Notes under the pieces: model-generated | Told to the model about the DNA's origin: nothing | What the model saw: the letters and a program-made list of their open reading frames with translations, nothing else | The model's database searches: none | Program-made: the position numbers and the translations under genes | From: Alphaproteobacteria bacterium | GTDB lineage: Bacteria; Pseudomonadota; Alphaproteobacteria; GCA-2731375 | NCBI GenBank assembly: GCA_965232515.1 | Contig: CBDDPY010000002.1 | Span: 4,128,001-4,192,000, forward strand | Length of the DNA: 64,000 nt | Direction of reading: 5' to 3' | In this document: piece after piece, positions 28,009 to 37,768 of the stretch | How the letters are laid out: each line of letters begins with the position of its first letter | Numbering within the stretch: position 1 is the first letter of the stretch

Positions 28009-30094
28009 CGCCACCGGCCGGCACCGTAAAGCGGAACTCGGTGCCGCCGCCGGGCGCGTCGGTTGCCCACAGATGGCCGTCATGGGCCTCGACGATCGAG
28101 CGGCAGATCGCCAGGCCCAGGCCTAATCCTTTCGACTTTGTGGTGACGAACGGCTCGAACAGGCGCTCCTTCAACTCGTCGTCGAGCCCGCTGCCGGTGT
28201 CGCCGACCGCGACCTCGATGGCGCCATCGGGCGTCGCGGCGGTCGCGAGGCTGATACGCCGGACCGGCGCGCCGTCCATGGCCTGAACCGCGTTGCGGAT
28301 CAGGTTGACCACGACCTGCTGGATCTGAATGCGGTTGACCATCGCCGGCGGCAGGCCCTCGGCCAGGTCGCTGATGAACGCGACATCCCGCGACATGGGC
28401 TCCGACAGCGCCAGCTCGGCGGCCTCCATGACCACGGCATTGACGTCTTCCGGATGGCGCGAGACCTCACCCTCATCGACGAGCTCGCGCAGGCCGCGGA
28501 TGATGCCGGTCGCGCGTTCGGCATCGCCGCTGATCTGGCGCAGGGTATCACCGACCGGCCCCGATGACTGGCCGTTCTGCCGCTTCAGGGCGTTCCGGGC
28601 GGCGTCGGCATAAACCATGATCGAGGTCAGCGGCTGGTTCAGCTCGTGCGCGATGGCCGACGAGAGCTGGCCCATGGCGCTTTCCCGCGCGGCGTTCTGC
28701 AGCTCGGTTTGCAGCTGCCGCAGCTCGACCTGGCGCGCCCGGTCGCGCAGCGCGGCATTGAGCGCCAGCGCCTGCCGCCGCCGCTCCTCGCCGATCAGCG
28801 CGCTGCTCACCAGCGTCAGGAAGATCAGCAGCGCGGTGGCGACGGGGTAGGTCGCGTCCAGCAGCAGGCGGAGCTCGGCATAGCTGAACCAGGACGCCGC
28901 CAGCGTGCCGGAAACCAGCGTCAGGAACAGCAGGATGGACCAGCGCGCCTTCAGCAACGGCTGGCATATGACCAACAGCAGGCCGATGGCGATAGCGGCC
29001 AGCAGCTCCAACGCCCCGGCGAAGTTCGCCGGCCGGTGCAGCGCTTGGCCTGAGAGGATGTTTTCGACCGCCTGGGCGTGGATCTCGACGCCGGCCATCG
29101 AGGCGCCGACCGGCGTCGCCGCGATATCCAACAGACCTGTCGACGTGGTGCCGATCAGCACGATCTTGTCCGCGAACCGCGCCGGCGCCACCGCGCCGCG
29201 CAGCACCGCCGCCGCCGACACGAAGCGGTCGGCGTCATGCCGCGAAAAGTTGATCCAAAGCCGGCCCCGCTGATCGGTCGGCACCGAAAGCCGCCCGACG
29301 CCGACGCCGCTGACGCCGGCGACATCGGCGTCGACCGTCAGCAGGTTCTCGCCCAGCCGCACGCGCAGCACCTCGAGCGCGAAGGCCGGCCGCATGGTCT
29401 CGCCAACCAGCGACAGCAACGGCAGCCGGCGCAGCACGCCGTCGCGTTCCAGGTCCAGGCTGACGATGCCGCGGCCGGTCGCCGCGTCGGCCAGTTCGTC
29501 GATGCTGCGCAGCAGCCCGGCATAGGCCGGCACGAACGGCGTCGGATCGCCTCGCAGGATAACCGGCGTCGCCGGCAGATCGACGGTCTCCTCCGATGCC
29601 GGACCGCCCGGTCGGACGGCGATGCCCATCACCACCGGCGCGCGTCGGAAACTCTCGGCCAGAACGGCATCGTTCGACGGCAGGGCCGCGAGCCGCTGCC
29701 GCGTGGCGGCATCAAGGCCGGGCAGGTTCTTGACGAGACTCTGCGGCGACAGCCGGTCGCGCTCCGAGAACAGGATATCGATGCCGATGACGCTGGCGCC
29801 CTGCGTCGCGATGGTCGATATCAGCTCGGCCATGACACCGCGCGACCATGGCCACTGCCCCAATTCGGCAAGACTGGCGTCGTCGATGTCGACGATGACC
29901 ACGGGCCGCTGGTCGACATGGCGCGGTTGGATTTCCTGATAGAAATCGAAGAACCGGACCCGGGCGCCCTCGATCGGCGCCGGATCGACAATGCGCAGCC
30001 CCGTCAGAGCGATCAGCAACAGCAGCGCGACCCAACGCGGTCGCCACCAAGACGTGGCGACGGGTGTCAGATCGTCAGGTTCGTCAGACGCCAT
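27995..30094 (-). CDS. CHASE2-domain sensor histidine kinase
   Basis: VVIVDIDDASLAELGQWPWSR, DGVLRR, GVEIHAQ (CHASE2), 3 TM, AHELNQPL, NLIRNA, FVTTK..GLGLGL. Confidence 0.92.
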   Translation of the reverse strand: MASDEPDDLTPVATSWWRPRWVALLLLIALTGLRIVDPAPIEGARVRFFDFYQEIQPRHVDQRPVVIVDIDDASLAELGQWPWSRGVMAELISTIATQGASVIGIDILFSERDRLSPQSLVKNLPGLDAATRQRLAALPSNDAVLAESFRRAPVVMGIAVRPGGPASEETVDLPATPVILRGDPTPFVPAYAGLLRSIDELADAATGRGIVSLDLERDGVLRRLPLLSLVGETMRPAFALEVLRVRLGENLLTVDADVAGVSGVGVGRLSVPTDQRGRLWINFSRHDADRFVSAAAVLRGAVAPARFADKIVLIGTTSTGLLDIAATPVGASMAGVEIHAQAVENILSGQALHRPANFAGALELLAAIAIGLLLVICQPLLKARWSILLFLTLVSGTLAASWFSYAELRLLLDATYPVATALLIFLTLVSSALIGEERRRQALALNAALRDRARQVELRQLQTELQNAARESAMGQLSSAIAHELNQPLTSIMVYADAARNALKRQNGQSSGPVGDTLRQISGDAERATGIIRGLRELVDEGEVSRHPEDVNAVVMEAAELALSEPMSRDVAFISDLAEGLPPAMVNRIQIQQVVVNLIRNAVQAMDGAPVRRISLATAATPDGAIEVAVGDTGSGLDDELKERLFEPFVTTKSKGLGLGLAICRSIVEAHDGHLWATDAPGGGTEFRFTVPAGGASEP

Positions 30095-30164
30095 ACGGAG
30101 TGTCGCCTGCGACGCGCCGACACGGCCGTTACCGTGGGTGCGGGCGTCGCGCGGGTCGATGCCG

Positions 30165-30356
30165 TCAGCCTGAGTTCTGCAGGTCGGCGATCTTCTTGTC
30201 GGTGTTGTACTGGCTGAGCGCGTAGACCGCCCAGATCGCGGCCGGTACCCAGCCGATCAAGGTGATCTGCAGGATCAGGCAGATGACGCCCGCAATCGGG
30301 CGACCGATCGTGAAGAACAGCAGCCACGGCAGTAGCAAGGCGATAAGAAGTCTCAT
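30165..30356 (-). CDS. YqaE/Pmp3 family membrane proteolipid
   Basis: MRLLIALLLPW...ICLILQITLIGWVPAAIWAVY; RBS GGAG. Confidence 0.85.
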   Translation of the reverse strand: MRLLIALLLPWLLFFTIGRPIAGVICLILQITLIGWVPAAIWAVYALSQYNTDKKIADLQNSG

Positions 30357-30473
30357 GATCTCACTCCGGTCGACCCACCGAGCAATGAGAAAGCGACACA
30401 GTCGTCGCCTCGCGCGCCGCAGCCCGGTTCGTAATCGCAACACGCCCGGTCATATGACCGGCCGAAAATCCAT

Positions 30474-30516
30474 GCCGGCGCGGACGGCGGCCGTCAATGC
30501 CGCCGTCCGCGCCGGC
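30474..30516 (-). terminator. GC-rich stem-loop after the OmpA lipoprotein gene
   Basis: Perfect 18-bp inverted repeat with 7-nt loop, 6 bp past the stop. Confidence 0.65.
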
Positions 30517-30522
30517 TTGAAT

Positions 30523-31410
30523 CTACTCGAAGATGATTTCGACGCGCCGGTTCTTTTCTTCCGGCTGCCCGTCGGCCGTCACCCGAAGCGGCTCGCGCTC
30601 GCCCTTCGGCTGTATCAGCAGCTTGTCCTTGGGCACCAGACCGCCGACCAGCATCTGCTCGACCATCTCGGTGCGCATTGCCGAGAGCTTCTCGTTATAA
30701 GCCGCCGAACCGGCACGATCGGCATGCCCGGTGACCCGGATGCTGGCCGGCTTGGCGAGCTGATAGTCGGCGATCGCCTGGTTGAGGATCTCACGCGACT
30801 TTGCGGTCAGCTCCGCGCTATCAAGATCGAAGAAGACGATGTACATGCCGTCGACGTCCGGCTTCGGCGCGGCCGCCGGGGCCGGGGCCGGTTGCGGCTT
30901 GGGCGCGGCAGCGACCTGCGCCGCCGGCGCCACGGCCGCCGTGACCTGGGCCATGGCTTGCTCGAAATCAGCGCGGCAGCGCGCGATATCGTCCGGCTGG
31001 AAGTTCTCTTCCTGCTCCTGCATCCAGCAGTCGAACATCACCTGCGCCCGGGCGGCCTGATCGGGAATCGTGTCCTTGGCGCCACGCCCATAGGCTTCGA
31101 TCAGCTGCTGCCGTGCGTCGGCCAGGTCGCCCTCCGTGCCTTGCGGTAGGTTGCGGGCATCCATGGCTTCCGGATCGACTCCGCTGCCGGACCCGGCGGC
31201 GGTCGCCCGCATGGCGAAGGTATCGGAATCCTGATAATCGCCCTCGGCAAACTCGGATTTCGCCAGATCGATGTAACCCGCGTACAGGCCACGCTCGAAA
31301 TCCGACCCGCCGGCCGAGACGCGCTCCGCATTCTGCAGTTCCATGCCAGCGCAGGCGGCAAGCGATAGCATTGCCATGCCGGCGACTGTCGTTCGTAAAA
31401 TGGTCTTCAT
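30523..31410 (-). CDS. OmpA-family lipoprotein
   Basis: Lipobox LAAC, helical domain with FDCW...C, Pro/Ala linker, VFFD...GHADRAGS..YN..LS..R...NRRVEI. Confidence 0.9.
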   Translation of the reverse strand: MKTILRTTVAGMAMLSLAACAGMELQNAERVSAGGSDFERGLYAGYIDLAKSEFAEGDYQDSDTFAMRATAAGSGSGVDPEAMDARNLPQGTEGDLADARQQLIEAYGRGAKDTIPDQAARAQVMFDCWMQEQEENFQPDDIARCRADFEQAMAQVTAAVAPAAQVAAAPKPQPAPAPAAAPKPDVDGMYIVFFDLDSAELTAKSREILNQAIADYQLAKPASIRVTGHADRAGSAAYNEKLSAMRTEMVEQMLVGGLVPKDKLLIQPKGEREPLRVTADGQPEEKNRRVEIIFE

Positions 31411-31525
31411 TGGTCATCCCCTCGCTAGTGGTAAGCGACCCCCGTCTCCGATTGGCTCTCCGATCGACGGCGACTTCCGACGCTCGCCATCGTCCGGTCT
31501 AAAACGCTCAGGTTTCGGGCGGCTA

Positions 31526-32353
31526 TCAGCCCGCCGCCGCCTGCGCCATATGCACAACACGCTGCGGAAAGGGGATCTCGATGCCATCGGCGTCGAGCCG
31601 TTCCTTGATCGCCTTGGTCATATCGAACTTCACCGCCCAATAATCAGCGGCATTGCACCAGACGCGTACAATCAGGTTCACCGAACTGTCGCCGAGCTCG
31701 CCGACCACCACCATCGGTTCCGGATCGTTGAGCGCACGATTGTCGGCATTGATCACTGACCGGACGGCGGTCATGGCCTTGCTGATATCGTCGCCGTAGC
31801 CGATGCCGATCAGAAAATCGACGCGGCGCTGTGGGTGGAAGCTGTAGTTCATGACCGACGAGCCCCAGACCGCGCTGTTCGGGATCAGGATCTGAATGTT
31901 GTCGGGCGTGGCCATCTCTGTGACGAACAGCGAGATCGCCTTGATCGTGCCGGCATGGCCGCCGGCCTCGACATAGTCGCCGACCTTGAACGGGCGGAAC
32001 AGCAGCAGCATGACGCCGGCGGCAACGTTGCTGAGGGTGCCCTGCAAGGCCAGGCCGATGGCCAAACCGGCCGCGCCGAGCACGGCGATCAGGCTCGCGG
32101 TCTGGATTCCGAACTGCGACAGTACCGCCAGGCCGGTGAAGATCAGAACGAGATACTTGGCGAAACTCGCGAAGAAACCGCGCAGGGTAACGTCGAACTT
32201 CTCGACCTTGCCGAGGCCCTTATCCACCGCCCGGTAGACCCAGCCCGACACGATCCAACCGACGATCAGGATGACGATCGCGCCGATAACATCAAGGCCG
32301 TAGGTAGTGATCAGGCTGACGACCTGATCGGCGATCTGCTGCGCATCCGACAT
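31526..32353 (-). CDS. mscS: Small-conductance mechanosensitive channel
   Basis: LGAAGLAIGLALQGTLSNVAAG, RPFKVGD, IPNS, GIEIPFPQ. Confidence 0.93.
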   Translation of the reverse strand: MSDAQQIADQVVSLITTYGLDVIGAIVILIVGWIVSGWVYRAVDKGLGKVEKFDVTLRGFFASFAKYLVLIFTGLAVLSQFGIQTASLIAVLGAAGLAIGLALQGTLSNVAAGVMLLLFRPFKVGDYVEAGGHAGTIKAISLFVTEMATPDNIQILIPNSAVWGSSVMNYSFHPQRRVDFLIGIGYGDDISKAMTAVRSVINADNRALNDPEPMVVVGELGDSSVNLIVRVWCNAADYWAVKFDMTKAIKERLDADGIEIPFPQRVVHMAQAAAG

Positions 32354-32739
32354 GCTGCCTGCCCTCACCCGCTGTTGATGCCCCGACCCGCAAGTTTTCT
32401 TGTTTGCGCGGGCCGCCCCGTTACTTGATCCCTGAAAAGCACAAATCAGTTTGCCCCGCAACAATTCGGTTCAATAGTGGGGAAAACTACCTATTCGCCA
32501 AATTGTCCACGCGAATTTCTATTCGCGAATGGCGATGAATTTCTTTCTAATACGAGTTGCCGTTTGGCGGGCATTTGCCGCGGATTCCCGGCGCGACGTA
32601 TGGCTATCGCCTGGCACGGCCGCAAGGACGCCTGCGCCACCGCGAAGGCCGCTTCAATGGTGTAACAAATTGAGGGCGATTGCCGGCGCGGGACCGTTCC
32701 TTTCGGAACGATCCGGCGACCGACAAAAGGTCGCGGCTG

Positions 32740-33339
32740 TTACTGTAGTCGGACCTGGGCGTTGTTCCGTCTGGCTTCCAGCTTGTCCAGTTCGACCTGC
32801 CTGGCTGCCTCGGCCTTTTCCATCTCGGCCGGGCAGTCCTTACCGCCTTCGACCCGATTGCACTCGTCCCGCACGGTCAGCATCGCGGTGTCCCACTTCT
32901 TCATCAGCATATCGCGACGGTTGTCGTACCAGGCGTCGCGGGCGGCGAGGTCCTCGAACTCACTGGGCTCCAGCACGACGGTGACCCTGGGCGGATACTT
33001 CTGACCGGCGCCGCGGGCCGCATCGATGGCAATACCGACGACGCCGCCAAGCAGGATGTTGCCGAGAATCCAGCCGTCCGCGGCCGTGTCCATATCCTCC
33101 GTGGTCGGCAGGTAGCCGTCGGCGCTGCAGGTCAAGGTGATCGGCGCCGCCTTCGCCGGCAGTTCCAGGCTGGTCGGTGTATCGACGACCTGGACGAAGT
33201 CGTTGCCGTTCAATTCGCAACTGGCGACTTTCGGCACGGTCTCGATCGATGTCATGGTGTCGTCGTCGCTGACGACGCTGGCGCAGTTGGCGAGAATTGC
33301 GGGAACGAAACCAAGCACAAGAAAACGCGGAAACTTCAT
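32740..33339 (-). CDS. Hypothetical lipoprotein
   Basis: Lipobox LANC-AS, GNILLGGVVGIAIDAARGA..KYP motif, helical C-terminus. Confidence 0.75.
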   Translation of the reverse strand: MKFPRFLVLGFVPAILANCASVVSDDDTMTSIETVPKVASCELNGNDFVQVVDTPTSLELPAKAAPITLTCSADGYLPTTEDMDTAADGWILGNILLGGVVGIAIDAARGAGQKYPPRVTVVLEPSEFEDLAARDAWYDNRRDMLMKKWDTAMLTVRDECNRVEGGKDCPAEMEKAEAARQVELDKLEARRNNAQVRLQ

Positions 33340-33512
33340 CATGACCCCCCAACGAATCGTGTCACAGGAGGGTCAGCATATCGTCAGAGTAGATATAGCA
33401 ATAGAAAAAACGCTCAACCTAAGGTGCATTTGCCCTTGAACGGGGAGCGATGGGCGTCGTGCCGATCGCGGACGGCAACCGGCGGCCCGGCCAGGATCAA
33501 ACCGACCGACGG

Positions 33513-33896
33513 TCAGCGCGCCTGCTTCAGCTCGAATAACCCGCCGCAGCCGAACGCGGTATCGAACTTGCCCTTGCCGGCGCCCGACGTCGCGTCGATC
33601 GAGCCGCGGAAGTTTGCGAAGCTGCTCTTCATCACGACGACGCCACCTTCGTTCACCGTGCCGTCGATATTGATCCAGCCGTAGTGTCCGGCCTTGAACC
33701 GGCCAACGATCGCCGGCCCGTGCACCTCGAAGTCCAGGTCGAGCGACGAAACGCCATCGCATTCATTGATGTCGCCACCCATCAGGCCTTCACCCATCCA
33801 TCGACCGTCGAGTTCGGTGGATGCCGCCGGCAGGGCGATAATCGACTGCAACAGAAGCGCAGCGACAGCCGCGGGTACATAGGCAGTTCGAGCCAT
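33513..33896 (-). CDS. Hypothetical exported protein
   Basis: Signal peptide, LDGRWMG...C...CGG beta-rich pattern; RBS GGGAG. Confidence 0.65.
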   Translation of the reverse strand: MARTAYVPAAVAALLLQSIIALPAASTELDGRWMGEGLMGGDINECDGVSSLDLDFEVHGPAIVGRFKAGHYGWINIDGTVNEGGVVVMKSSFANFRGSIDATSGAGKGKFDTAFGCGGLFELKQAR

Positions 33897-33989
33897 GGAT
33901 CCGCTCCCGATAGTTGCGGCATCCATGTTACGCGCGAACGGACAGCGTACGCTAGTCGGCGGGCGGGACGCCCGGATGGACCAGGCCGA

Positions 33990-34208
33990 CTATTCCTCGA
34001 TATCCGCGTCGCCGAGCGCCTTGGCCAGATAGTGGTTTTCGAAATCGGCCGGCGACAGATGCGTCAGCAGATCCGTCGAGCCGACCCATTGACAGCCATC
34101 GTGATCGAGCCGTCCCGGCAGCCGTAGCCCCCAGCTCTCACTGCCGGCGTCAAAAAACAACTCAAGTCCATAGCCCCCCGCAATGCGTTTCGCTTCGCTT
34201 GTCGTCAT
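33990..34208 (-). CDS. Hypothetical 72-aa protein
   Basis: RBS GAGAAGGA before ATG; protein-like composition. Confidence 0.55.
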   Translation of the reverse strand: MTTSEAKRIAGGYGLELFFDAGSESWGLRLPGRLDHDGCQWVGSTDLLTHLSPADFENHYLAKALGDADIEE

Positions 34209-34394
34209 CGTCCTTCTCGACCCTGCCCGTGATTGCGTGACACGCCGTTCCGCAAGTTACGTCGGCAACGATGACAACGATGTAACGGCCCGCCGTTCCA
34301 GCAATTGCCCCGCTGCCACAGATCCATAGATGGGGTGCCACGGGGCAACCGCCAGTCGCCTTCTATTTGCCACTCTGTTGACGTTTGCGTGAGC

Positions 34395-34528
34395 GCCGAT
34401 GCCGACGCCTAATCACGCGAAGCCGCGACGTCCCCCGATGGCGTTGACGGTCGGCCCGCCTGATCCCCCCTCGCAACATCAGGCGGGCCTTCTTGCCATG
34501 GGCCGCCGGTAGACGGCCCTTTTCTGTT
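34395..34528 (+). ncRNA. Candidate sRNA or cis-regulatory leader
   Basis: Perfect 12-bp stem 34453-34489 with C-rich loop, imperfect upstream stem, terminator-like GGGCCG/CGGCCC-TTTTCTGTT. Confidence 0.4.
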
Positions 34529-34792
34529 AGTAAAAACGAATTTCGCTGGTAGAATTTCGGCAAATGGACGGCTGCGCCGGGGACCATGCCGCGCGACCGA
34601 GGGGGATTGCCATATCGGCGGCGCGGGTCAGCGTCCGCGACATCGGCACGTCTGCCGGATGTCAGTTCCTTCGGCCAACCGGAACCGCGCAGCGGTAAGC
34701 AATAACGCGAATTCGGCGTCTACGGCGCGATAACCGCGCCTCGGGACGCCGATATGTCGGTCGATCGAACGGCCACGGAGGGAGGAAACATC

Positions 34793-35818
34793 ATGCAACG
34801 TAATCATCTCACCGCGCTTGCCGGCGCCATCGCCGCCGTCGGCATGCTGGCGTCCGCCGCCGTCGAGGCGGCGGATCCGATCCGCTGGCAGGTGCAGACG
34901 CTCTGGCAGGCGGGCAACATCAACCAGAAGGCCTTCGAGACCTTCGCCAAGAATGTCGAGGTCGCGAGCGGCGGGCGGCTGATCATCGAGGCCCTGCCGG
35001 TCGGCGCTATCGTCTCGGCCAACGAGGCGGCGGACGCGGTGCGCGACGGCCTGCTCGACGGCCAGCACTCGAACGAAGGCTATCTCGCCGGCAAGGAGCC
35101 GGCCTTTTCCGTCCTGGTCGACATGAACATGGCCTACGACTCGCCGGAACAGCAGATCATGTGGTTCAAGTTCGGCGGCGGCGAAGAGCTGGCGCGCGAG
35201 CTGCTGGCAAAGTGGAACCAGCATTATCTCGGACCGGTGAGCTGGGGCGCGGAATCGATCCCGTCAAAGATGCCGCTGGCATCCGTCGCCGACTTCAAGG
35301 GTATCAAGATGCGGGCGCCGGAAGGCATGGGCGCCTCGATCTGGCGCAAGGTCGGCGTCGGCGTCTCGACGCTGCCCGGCACCGAGGTCTACACGGCCCT
35401 GGAGCGCGGCAAGATCGAGGCCACCGATTGGGGCTCGCTCGCCATGAACGACGACCTCGGCTACGACAAGATCGCCAAATACGCCATCTATCCTGGCATC
35501 CATTCCCAGCCGATGGCCTGCGGTCTCTGCATCCGCAAGGACAAGTGGGACGCGCTGCCGGACGACCTGAAGCGGATCGTCGAGCTGGCGGTAACGCAGC
35601 TGCGCGAAGACATGTTGCTGACCAACCGCCTGCGCGACATGGAGGCGGCGGCGAAACGCGATCCCGAGACCCTGGTGTCCTGGTCGCCGGAAGCCCGCGC
35701 GGAGCTGCGCGGCATCGCCCGGGACGTCTGGCAAGAGTGGGGCAGCAAGAGCGAAATGGCCGACAAGATCTATCAGAGCCATGTCGCCTGGATGAAGAAG
35801 ATCGGCCTGCTGCAATAG
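34793..35818 (+). CDS. TRAP substrate-binding protein (DctP)
   Basis: Signal peptide, DFKGIKMRAPEG, EVYTALERGKIEATDW; RBS GGAGG. Confidence 0.92.
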   Translation: MQRNHLTALAGAIAAVGMLASAAVEAADPIRWQVQTLWQAGNINQKAFETFAKNVEVASGGRLIIEALPVGAIVSANEAADAVRDGLLDGQHSNEGYLAGKEPAFSVLVDMNMAYDSPEQQIMWFKFGGGEELARELLAKWNQHYLGPVSWGAESIPSKMPLASVADFKGIKMRAPEGMGASIWRKVGVGVSTLPGTEVYTALERGKIEATDWGSLAMNDDLGYDKIAKYAIYPGIHSQPMACGLCIRKDKWDALPDDLKRIVELAVTQLREDMLLTNRLRDMEAAAKRDPETLVSWSPEARAELRGIARDVWQEWGSKSEMADKIYQSHVAWMKKIGLLQ

Positions 35819-35930
35819 CCGCACGTCACCGTGACGGCGCCGGCCCGTCCGGCGCCGTTTCGACCCCGTTCGGGGCCGGGTCCTCGTGGCCCGGTCCCGC
35901 GCGCTTCGCGCATCGCCCCGGTGAGGTTTC

Positions 35931-36416
35931 GTGAATCCGACCAATCCCATCGACCGGCTGTCGATTCGTATCGGCAACGCCTTCAGCTACGTGTTCCTGA
36001 TTGCCGTCGCGCTGACCTGCTTCGAAGTGATCATGGACTATGTGTTCCGGTCGCCGACGATCTGGGTGCATGACTCGACCATCATGCTCAGCTCGATCGG
36101 TTTCCTGTTCGGCGGCGCCTATGCGTTGCAGCAGCATGCGCATATCCGCATCACCAGCCTGTACGAGCGGTTCTCGCCGGGCGCGCAGCGGATCTGCGAC
36201 ATCATCGGCCTGGTGCTGGCGCTGTTCTATCTCGCCATCCTGGCCTGGAAGACGGGCGTGCAGGCCTTCGAGTCGATCACGATCATGGAGCGCAGCGGGC
36301 GCGCCTGGAACGTGCCGATGCCGGTCGTCATCCGCTCGGCCCTGTTCCTCGGCACCGTTCTGCTGATCGCGCAAGCGCTTTCCAATCTCTGGGCGCTGCT
36401 GACGCGGGCCCGTTAG
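35931..36416 (+). CDS. TRAP small permease (DctQ)
   Basis: FEVIMDYVFRSPTIWVHD, HIRIT. Confidence 0.88.
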   Translation: MNPTNPIDRLSIRIGNAFSYVFLIAVALTCFEVIMDYVFRSPTIWVHDSTIMLSSIGFLFGGAYALQQHAHIRITSLYERFSPGAQRICDIIGLVLALFYLAILAWKTGVQAFESITIMERSGRAWNVPMPVVIRSALFLGTVLLIAQALSNLWALLTRAR

Positions 36417-36420
36417 CGCC

Positions 36421-37746
36421 ATGGATATGAGCATCGAGCTGATCTCGATCCTGATGCTCGCCACCATGGCGGGCCTGATGATCATCGGTATGCCGCTGGC
36501 CTTCGTCACCGGTTTCGTCGCCGTCGTCTTTTGCCTGATTTTCCGGGATGCCAACAGCCTGGTGATCGCCGCCAGCCGCACCTACGGCTTCGTCAACACC
36601 TATGTCCTGGTGGCGGTGCCGATGTTCATTCTGATGGCCTCGATCCTCGAGCGCTCGGGCGTCGCCCGCGATCTCTACGACGCGCTCAAGGTCTGGGCCG
36701 GCCCGATGCCGGGCGGCGTGGGCGTGATGACGCTGCTGGCGGCCGTATTGATGGCGGCGATGACCGGCATCATCGGCGGCGAGATCATCCTGCTGGGGCT
36801 GGTCGCGCTGCCGCAGATGCTGCGGCTCGGCTACGACCGCAAGCTGGCCATGGGCATCGTCTGCGGCGGCGGCTCGCTGGGAACCATGATTCCGCCCAGC
36901 ATCGTGCTGATTTTTTATGGCCTCACCGCCAACGTCTCGATCGGCGATCTGTTCATCGCGACGCTGATCCCGGGTCTGATGCTGGCCGGCATCTACACCG
37001 CTTATGTGATTCTGCGCTGCTCTCTCAATCCGGCCATGGGACCGCCGGCACCGCTCGAGGAACGCGCCATCCCGGCGATCGAGAAGCTGCGCATGCTGAA
37101 AGGCGTGCTGCTGCCGATCATGGTCGGCGTTTTGGTGCTGGGCAGCATCTATACCGGCGCCGCCTCGGTCAGCGAAGCGGCCGGCGTCGGCGTCGCCGGC
37201 GTCATCCTGTCGGCCTGGCTGCGCGGCGAACTGAGCTGGCAGATGCTGCGCGAGGCGTCGTACCAGACCATGTCGACCTGCGGCCTGCTGCTGTGGCTGA
37301 CCTTCGGCGCCAACACGCTGATCGGCGTCTACAACCTGCTCGGCGGTATCGCCTACCTGAAGGCCACCTTTACCGGCCTGCCGTTCGACCCGATCGTCGT
37401 CGTGCTGATCATGATGGCGGTGCTGCTCATCATGGGTTTCTTCATGGACTGGATCGGCATCATGCTGCTGACCATGCCGGTGTTCGTGCCGACGATCACC
37501 GCGCTGGGCTATGACCCGGTCTGGTTCGGCATCCTGTTCTGCATGAACATGCAGATCTCGTATCTGACGCCGCCGTTCGGGCCGGCCTGCTTCTACCTCA
37601 AGGGCGTGGCGCCGCCGGAGATTAGTCTGGACGACATCTTTCGCGCCGTGACGCCGTTCATCGCGCTGCAGGCCATCGGTCTGCTGCTTGTGCTGTTCTT
37701 TCCGGAGATCGCGCTCTGGCTGCCGTCCGTGTTTTACGGACTGTAG
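36421..37746 (+). CDS. TRAP large permease (DctM)
   Basis: GGSLGTMIPPS, NMQISYLTPPFG. Confidence 0.92.
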   Translation: MDMSIELISILMLATMAGLMIIGMPLAFVTGFVAVVFCLIFRDANSLVIAASRTYGFVNTYVLVAVPMFILMASILERSGVARDLYDALKVWAGPMPGGVGVMTLLAAVLMAAMTGIIGGEIILLGLVALPQMLRLGYDRKLAMGIVCGGGSLGTMIPPSIVLIFYGLTANVSIGDLFIATLIPGLMLAGIYTAYVILRCSLNPAMGPPAPLEERAIPAIEKLRMLKGVLLPIMVGVLVLGSIYTGAASVSEAAGVGVAGVILSAWLRGELSWQMLREASYQTMSTCGLLLWLTFGANTLIGVYNLLGGIAYLKATFTGLPFDPIVVVLIMMAVLLIMGFFMDWIGIMLLTMPVFVPTITALGYDPVWFGILFCMNMQISYLTPPFGPACFYLKGVAPPEISLDDIFRAVTPFIALQAIGLLLVLFFPEIALWLPSVFYGL

Positions 37747-37768
37747 CCGCACAGCGGGGAGAGACGAC

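Noticed and set aside
25821-30094. FixL/FixJ oxygen sensor
   Set aside because: The kinase has a periplasmic CHASE2 input and no heme-PAS domain; no fix genes are nearby.
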